From Amoebidium appalachense (Eukaryota; Protista; Ichthyosporea): DNA of 64,000 bases. Below are positions 10,450-64,000 of the stretch, in pieces. Every line of letters begins with the position of its first letter. The stretch's first letter is position 1. The position numbers were made by a program, and so were the translations under genes. The stretch covers positions 5,014,543-5,078,542 of the forward strand of contig CAVNZM010000016.1 of assembly GCA_963693365.1 (NCBI GenBank), in the 5' to 3' direction. The notes under the pieces are model-generated. The model made no database searches. It was not told the origin of the DNA and saw only the letters and a program-made list of their open reading frames with translations.

Positions 10450-10739
10450 CCCCCCTCCCCCCCACCCACCACCACCACCACCACCACCACACACACACAC
10501 ACCGGTCGGCACAAAAAACCGCGCAGGAAGCATGCGTCAAATACCAAAGATACGAAGGCAGTACCGAGGAAAAGGGGAATGGGGGTAGTCTCTAGAAATA
10601 TAAAGTGACAGAGGATTAGAAGAAGAAAGGAACTTCAACGAAAATTATGTTGATGTCCAACTTTCTCAATAAAACACGTGACATTTGCTGTGTATGGCGC
10701 TGTCCTTAAAAACTTTAAAACAAAGCACCCCATACATGG

Positions 10740-10895
10740 AGAGAACCAATCAGCGCGCTCAATTTTATCGGGTGCAGCCAGCCGCAAGCAACCAAGCACC
10801 GAGAGTCGTGACCAGGGACGCCTGCACGTAATACGTCATCTGGGAGCAATATGACGTCACACTACAAAAAAAAAGGCCAACACAAACCAATTAAA
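10740..10895. promoter_or_regulatory. Candidate Pol II promoter cluster (CCAAT boxes and a palindromic CRE)
   Basis: AACCAATCAG near 10744, TGACGTCA at 10852-10859 and CCAAT near 10887, in a repeat-free stretch. Confidence 0.3.
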
Positions 10896-11291
10896 AAAAA
10901 AAAGAAAAAAGAAAAAAAAAGGGGGGGAAATGTCGGAAGGATGAGCAGACGCGGTAATACATTTTCGATCCAAGAAATCAACTACATACGGGATATTGGG
11001 AAAAAATTCGAGGGAGGAAAACTAAGCTAATTGCATACGTAACGAGAAATCGATACATCTACATTCATGAGATACTACAATTTTTTATTATTAATTAAAA
11101 TCAAAAATAATTAAAAAAGTCACGCATTTCATGTATCCTATCCAAATTCGCAGGAGGTAGGCAATGTCCACACATTCCAAAGACTCTTTCATATCCCTTT
11201 ACATACGGGCCGTGATAGAGAGGACGTGATATACATCCGTACATATACGGAATATACGAAATAAAAACATACGACATATATTTTTTGCATA

Positions 11292-22881
<11,590 letters not shown>

Positions 22882-23644
22882 CCAAGGAATTTCGGCTTCA
22901 ATCACCCAAACAGCACAGCTTGATGTTAGCAGCTATCAGATGCTTTAGCAGGGATAACTGGAGGAAGTTCTTGTTGAACAAGTTAAGTTAAGGGCTTGCT
23001 TGATTTGACCCTTTGTTGAGTTGTGACAGTTGTTTCGTTGCGTTTATCGTGTCTTTGTTCCAGTTTCGAAATTCGATGGTTCATGAACATCTGGTGACCG
23101 AACCAGTGTGCTTTACGCACGTAACCCCAAAGACGCCTAGCTAGTTACTTCCCTTGTACTTTTGTATACACCAACGTGCATACTACACAACAAACAACTG
23201 ATTTATATGTATACGGTATCATACGAATCAGTGCAAAATCTCGGTGCCAGAGAAAGTGGGCTGTGTCTCAGTGGAAGTTCGAGCCTGCCCGCCAGCTCGC
23301 CAAGTTGCCCGGCCGCGGTTGTGACGATCAGCCGGCGACCGGCCGGTATGCAGAGTCACATTCCATTGGGTGCGGGCCAGAGATTGCTCAATGGGTCGGT
23401 TTAGGTCGATTCGTAAGATTCGAAAGGAGCTCCAAGGAGGTTTTGGGTTTGGTTGAATGGTGGCTGCCTAGGTGCATTATATTAGATTTTCCAACGATAT
23501 TTTGCGTAAAAAAAAATTATTTGATTTTTTACGTGCCTGGCCCAGAATTTTTCCCACATTTTTGTCTGGCCATTCAAATATACAGGAGATATTGAAGAAA
23601 CTTCTTCATGTACCGTTTACACAATTACAGCTGCTCGACCCGGG

Positions 23645-25234
23645 GTGAACATAACCCGGCCTGCAGAGCATGGGCATTACGATTCTGTCTCCCCTGGTCT
23701 CCTATGGGAAAAGCTTGCTGCACGGGGTGTACCACACTGCATTGGTGTTCTGTTAGAAGCACTCTTGTCTCAAACCTATGGTAGAGCTGTGGTTAATGGG
23801 CATCTTTCATATGGTTTTGCTCGTACTAGAGGTCTCTTGCAGGGTTCATTGCTTAGCCCCTTTTTGTTTAACCTATTTATAGATGATTTGGCTGTCAAGA
23901 TTTACGCCGAAAACGATGACCCTATTAATAACTTTCCGCCTGCACTTCTCTATGCTGATGATCTGTCCCTCCTTGCCCGTACCCCTAGACGCCTGCAAAG
24001 ATTGTTCGATGTAGTGTCAGAGTGGTGCAAGGCAAACCTTATGATCCTTAACATAGACAAATGTGGTGTTCTTGTACCTGATATAGCTAACAATTTACAC
24101 ACATTTACATTATCATCTAAACCTGTACCTATAGTTCCAGAATACAAATATCTTGGTGTTCCGGTTGATTCTGTTGGTGTTATGTTTCCCCATATGGTCG
24201 AAAAGAGGGTAGAGTTGGCTCGTAAGCGGTTAGCTTTCTTCTCGGCTAATATTTTTAAAGACACACCCCTCCATCCTTCTATTAGACTTACATTTATTCG
24301 CACTTTTGTCTTCCCGGCATGTGAATATGGTTTACCCCTTCTCGCCGCTTGGATCAAGAAAGAGAGAACTAGAGCGCTTAAACCCTTGGCAAATTTCCTT
24401 GAAGCAGAAGTTGCCTCCTTTCTATCTAACAACTGTTGTAAACCTGGGCCTGTAACGCTCTCGATATATGGTCTGGTCCCAATAGCTGCTAGAGTATCCT
24501 ATCTCGCGCTGAAATTCAATAAGCACATAAGCCGCTTAAAGAAGTATTTGCCCTCCCACCCTCTCTTCTCTATCCGACCTGTCCCCTCCTCACCTCTCCC
24601 CTCTTTCCTCCCCTCTCTCTCCCCTTCTCCCCTGGGCACAAATACAAATAAACCCCGCAATAGTGTGTGTGTGACTTTGGACTGCCACTTACTTATTAAA
24701 CATGTACACAATCACAAGATAATCACGCAATATAACAAATGGAAAAAGATACCACACGACACTAGACCCGATGAAAGCATACACCTTGAAAAACTAAGCC
24801 TTATGTCTCGTTTTATATATACTGACCGCCTCAACCATATTGCCAAATATGGCACTCGCAAGTGTATAACACCTAAATACATATTACCTTCCTGTAGAAC
24901 TGGTCTTTCTCTAGCTGATGGTATTATTGATCAATTACCACGCTTTTACTGTACACGTGCTATACAGTGGAGATCTAATAAGTATAAGGTGGCATCATTT
25001 GCATGCCCAAACAACACACACACACACCAGTTTAACCGGTCATGTATCGCCAAATGTAGTTTGATAGACCACATAATACCGCAACACACACACGTCACAT
25101 TCACAACAGACACCCAGAAAGATAGCCTACCTGTAAATTACAACATCCTTGATTTTATACTAAACACGCGTAACTACGACCTGTTTATTAGATGTATTGA
25201 TTGGCTTGAGAAACACATCACTACAAAATTATAG
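23645..25234 (+). CDS. Non-LTR reverse transcriptase ORF (N-terminally truncated)
   Basis: Motifs RGLLQGSLLSPFLFNLFIDDL, LLYADDL, LNIDKC and YKYLGV, plus a C-terminal Cys/His cluster (CPN...H.FNRSC..C). Intronless, no internal stops. Confidence 0.9.
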   Translation: MNITRPAEHGHYDSVSPGLLWEKLAARGVPHCIGVLLEALLSQTYGRAVVNGHLSYGFARTRGLLQGSLLSPFLFNLFIDDLAVKIYAENDDPINNFPPALLYADDLSLLARTPRRLQRLFDVVSEWCKANLMILNIDKCGVLVPDIANNLHTFTLSSKPVPIVPEYKYLGVPVDSVGVMFPHMVEKRVELARKRLAFFSANIFKDTPLHPSIRLTFIRTFVFPACEYGLPLLAAWIKKERTRALKPLANFLEAEVASFLSNNCCKPGPVTLSIYGLVPIAARVSYLALKFNKHISRLKKYLPSHPLFSIRPVPSSPLPSFLPSLSPSPLGTNTNKPRNSVCVTLDCHLLIKHVHNHKIITQYNKWKKIPHDTRPDESIHLEKLSLMSRFIYTDRLNHIAKYGTRKCITPKYILPSCRTGLSLADGIIDQLPRFYCTRAIQWRSNKYKVASFACPNNTHTHQFNRSCIAKCSLIDHIIPQHTHVTFTTDTQKDSLPVNYNILDFILNTRNYDLFIRCIDWLEKHITTKL

Positions 25235-25238
25235 CGCA

Positions 25239-25305
<67 letters not shown>

Positions 25306-25338
25306 CCAGCTGATACCGAGTGTCCCGAGGGGAGCCCC

Positions 25339-25389
<51 letters not shown>
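23675..25389 (+). mobile_element. 5'-truncated non-LTR retrotransposon (LINE) with (CA)n in the 3' UTR and a poly(A) tail
   Basis: RT ORF begins inside domain 3 (YDSV..LW.KL) and stops at 25234, followed by a ~110-nt 3' UTR and an A-run at 25343-25389. No clear TSD found. Confidence 0.88.
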
Positions 25390-25390
<1 letters not shown>

Positions 25391-25997
25391 GGGGAACCCC
25401 AACTAATTGATTTCTCCTTGTAGTCTTTATGGTGTCTCGTAGAGAAAGTAAACCCTGATATATAGTCACCACCCGACATCTATGTACGTGATCATGATAT
25501 ACCGCTGAGGGGATATTCCGAGCAAAACCCCCCCCCCCCCATACCTGAGACTGGTTCTCTTTGCCTCGAGTAAACAGCGTAAACCCCATTACGTCATGCC
25601 CTGTTTTGGCGGGAAAAACTGTAATGTCATTGCCTGCATGATCCACCTACTGACTGACTGACACCTACATCTATATAGGTCTTAGCTCATGGGTCTGCAG
25701 AAGTCACACGGCTGGCAGGGGCACAAACAAACAAAAAAACAAACAAAAAATGCATACAGGATAGGAATTTTAGTTCACCTCATCTATAAGAAGGCATACT
25801 TTTGACCTCCACTACGGTTAGTTGTTCGCCATTCGGAGGGTGACCTGGCGGGATCTAGTTACATTTCCAAATTTCAGAATTTAAAAGCATTTGAACAGTT
25901 ACATAAAGTTCAAAAGCCAGTAACTTTAAAATGTCGCCATTCCCTAACAACTTCTCCTAATATCCCCAACGTCCAATCACACCCTTCCAGCGCAAAC

Positions 25998-54229
<28,232 letters not shown>

Positions 54230-54410
54230 TTTCACATCTATGAACTTCAGTGTGAAAGTGTTCAAGTTCAAATAAATTGATTGGGTTTTTGGACGTGGTG
54301 GTGGCCGCATGATGGTGGTGGTATGGTGTGTAGCTTGGTGGTGGTTGTGGTAGTGTGATACTGTGTGTGGAGGGAGGGGATGGAAGGGGGGGGGGGGGGG
54401 GGGGGGGGGG

Positions 54411-54564
54411 GATTGATTATGAATATGAGTGAGGCATTCGTATAAATTTGCTATTTTGAGGGTTGACGCCGTGAACGGTTCGAATCAGGATGGATTGATT
54501 TGCTGATTTTGTCTTCTCCGGAGTGCCGTCCAGGTATTTTTTTTTTCTTTTTTTCTTTTCTTTT

Positions 54565-54595
<31 letters not shown>

Positions 54596-54669
54596 GGTTG
54601 GGGGGGGGGGGGGGGGGGGGGGGGGAGGGGAGGGGGAGGGGGGAGGGGGGGAGGGGAGGGGGGGAGGGG

Positions 54670-54701
<32 letters not shown>

Positions 54702-54810
54702 TCGATTACGAATATGAGGCATTCTTATAATTTTTGCTATTTTAAGGGTTGATGCCGTGAACGTTTCGAATCAATTGCTGATTTTGTCTCCTCCAGAGTG
54801 CGGCTCAGGT
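54411..54810. repeat. Two diverged ~110-bp direct copies downstream of TTI1, each preceded by poly-G
   Basis: GATTAYGAATATGAG..GCATTC.TATAA..TTTGCTATTTT.AGGGTTGA.GCCGTGAACG.TTCGAATCA..TGCTGATTTTGTCT..TCC.GAGTGC near 54415 and 54704. Confidence 0.8.
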
Positions 54811-55877
54811 AGTTGTTTTTTTTTTTCTTTTCTTTTTTTTTTTTTTGGTGGTGGTGGTGGTGGGGGGGGGGAGGGGGGGGGGGGTTGATGGCTGAGAGCG
54901 AACTTCAAAGTTGTGTAGTAACTGGTTGTGAAATACTGGTGAATTGAAAGAGACCTGGTTAAACATGCACGAAGGCAAAGAGTTGAACGTATTCATGCTG
55001 GTGAGGTGGCTGTATGTGGTGGCATGCTTGACAAAATTCAATAATACTGTCGTTGTAGGTCCATTTCCAGGTTATTGAAAGTCTGGCAAGATCTGGATTG
55101 AAATTTGGAACACACTCCCACTACAGTAGTTGGATAAGTGTTTTTTGTAGCAGAATTCTGTATGTATGCTGAATGTGGTAACCGCCAGTGACAAACTGTA
55201 TTAATACTGTATCAAACAAACCAAATTCATGACGAAATAAAGCAAACATTTGGGTTCTCGGTAAGTGAAGTGGCTCGGTTTCCTGTCCTGCAGTCAAGGG
55301 CTTCCGGCCGGTGCAGCAAGGACCCGATCTGGGAGAAAAGGGGCCACGGAGCAGGGGCCACGATACTTACAAACAAAAGATTTACTTTACTAAGTTATTT
55401 TTTTGAGATGATATTTATGTGCTCGTATGATATGCTTTACATACAGTACATAGGTAATTATACACGCATAATGCCCGTTACTGTTCTTGCAACATGCACT
55501 TCAAGTGATCATCAAGTTGAACTTTTTTGGGCGAACGAGTGTCAGGACTCACGTCAGTGTGTTGGACTATGACGTAAGCCAAGTGATAAATTTACCCAAT
55601 CAAAAGCTGCTGAGTTGGATAAAATGAGAGATAAAATGCATTTCGAAGATTTATCCATTGACAAACGAACCTTATTTAGTTCCTATTTGCAATCTATGAT
55701 TGGCTCCCAAGACTTGGGGTCACAGCGGCCGGTTGCTTTTTTCGAATGCACTCAGGCACTGCTTTTTTCCTCGCGCAGTGGCCGACTTGAGTCACCCAAC
55801 ACCAAAAAACAAACAAACAAACAAGAGGTGTTCTGAGTGCAAATCCAAACAAACAGAGGCCAGCGTGACGCAGCAAC

Positions 55878-63480
<7,603 letters not shown>

Positions 63481-63550
63481 AATCCTCCCCCCCCCCCCCC
63501 CCCCCCAACACACACGCACACACAAAAACAGACACGTACACACACACACA

Positions 63551-63617
<67 letters not shown>

Positions 63618-63847
63618 TCACTCACTCACTCACTCACAGTCACACACACTCACACACACTCACCACTCCCGTTGCATCACCTCCCCCTCCCCCTCTCTCC
63701 CCCCATCTGCTTCGCGGGACATTCCCCACGTGATTTTTGCTACTACGCACACGGAGGTCAGGAATGTGTAACGATAAGAGAAGAAGAAGAGACGGATGAA
63801 ATAAAAAGGGAGATAGAAGTGACCCCCCCCCCCCCCCCCAAAAAAAA

Positions 63848-63880
<33 letters not shown>

Positions 63881-64000
63881 CACAAAAATAAGAAAATAAG
63901 TGCAAGACCGCCCATTTCCACATGTCACCCTCATTGTCCGTGAACGGCTGTTCTGTGTGTTGAAGGCCCTGTGGACAACATGAGGGTGTATTGTATTCAG

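Noticed and set aside
10860-10874. CACTACAAAAAAA resembling a CACTA transposon terminus
   Set aside because: No matching inverted terminus or transposase in the window, and A-runs are ubiquitous.
23630-23675. Small CCGGG/CCCGG hairpin and possible TSD at the LINE 5' junction
   Set aside because: Only a 5-bp match (CGGGG) to the sequence after the poly(A), and it is not adjacent to the truncation point.

Overview
Eukaryotic, intron-rich genomic DNA full of poly-C/poly-G, poly-A and (CA)n/(TG)n tracts. The animal-like proteins suggest a unicellular holozoan or other opisthokont (inference only). Most of the six-frame ORF track is microsatellite noise. By hand I assembled three conserved multi-exon genes with consistent phases: ATE1 (minus, 15 exons, about 567 aa), TTI1 (plus, about 31 exons, about 1300 aa, two probable GC-AG introns) and PPT1 (plus, 10 exons, 306 aa). 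The window also holds a tRNA-Thr(CGT) in an ATE1 intron, a 5'-truncated poly(A)-tailed non-LTR retrotransposon between the divergent ATE1 and TTI1 starts, and two TTAA-flanked MITE-like inserts. The first ~9 kb is an accessory island of intron-poor orphan ORFs (a secreted 10-Cys protein, a 2-TM protein, an acidic RGG/NLS protein and a coiled-coil protein) interleaved with palindrome-rich satellite arrays in both orientations. The most striking unexplained pattern is that all three conserved genes carry tandem 'echo' copies of their own exon-intron junctions inside the adjacent intron. Many introns also have a C-run just after the 5' splice site and (CA)n or C-rich sequence instead of a U-rich tract before the 3' AG.
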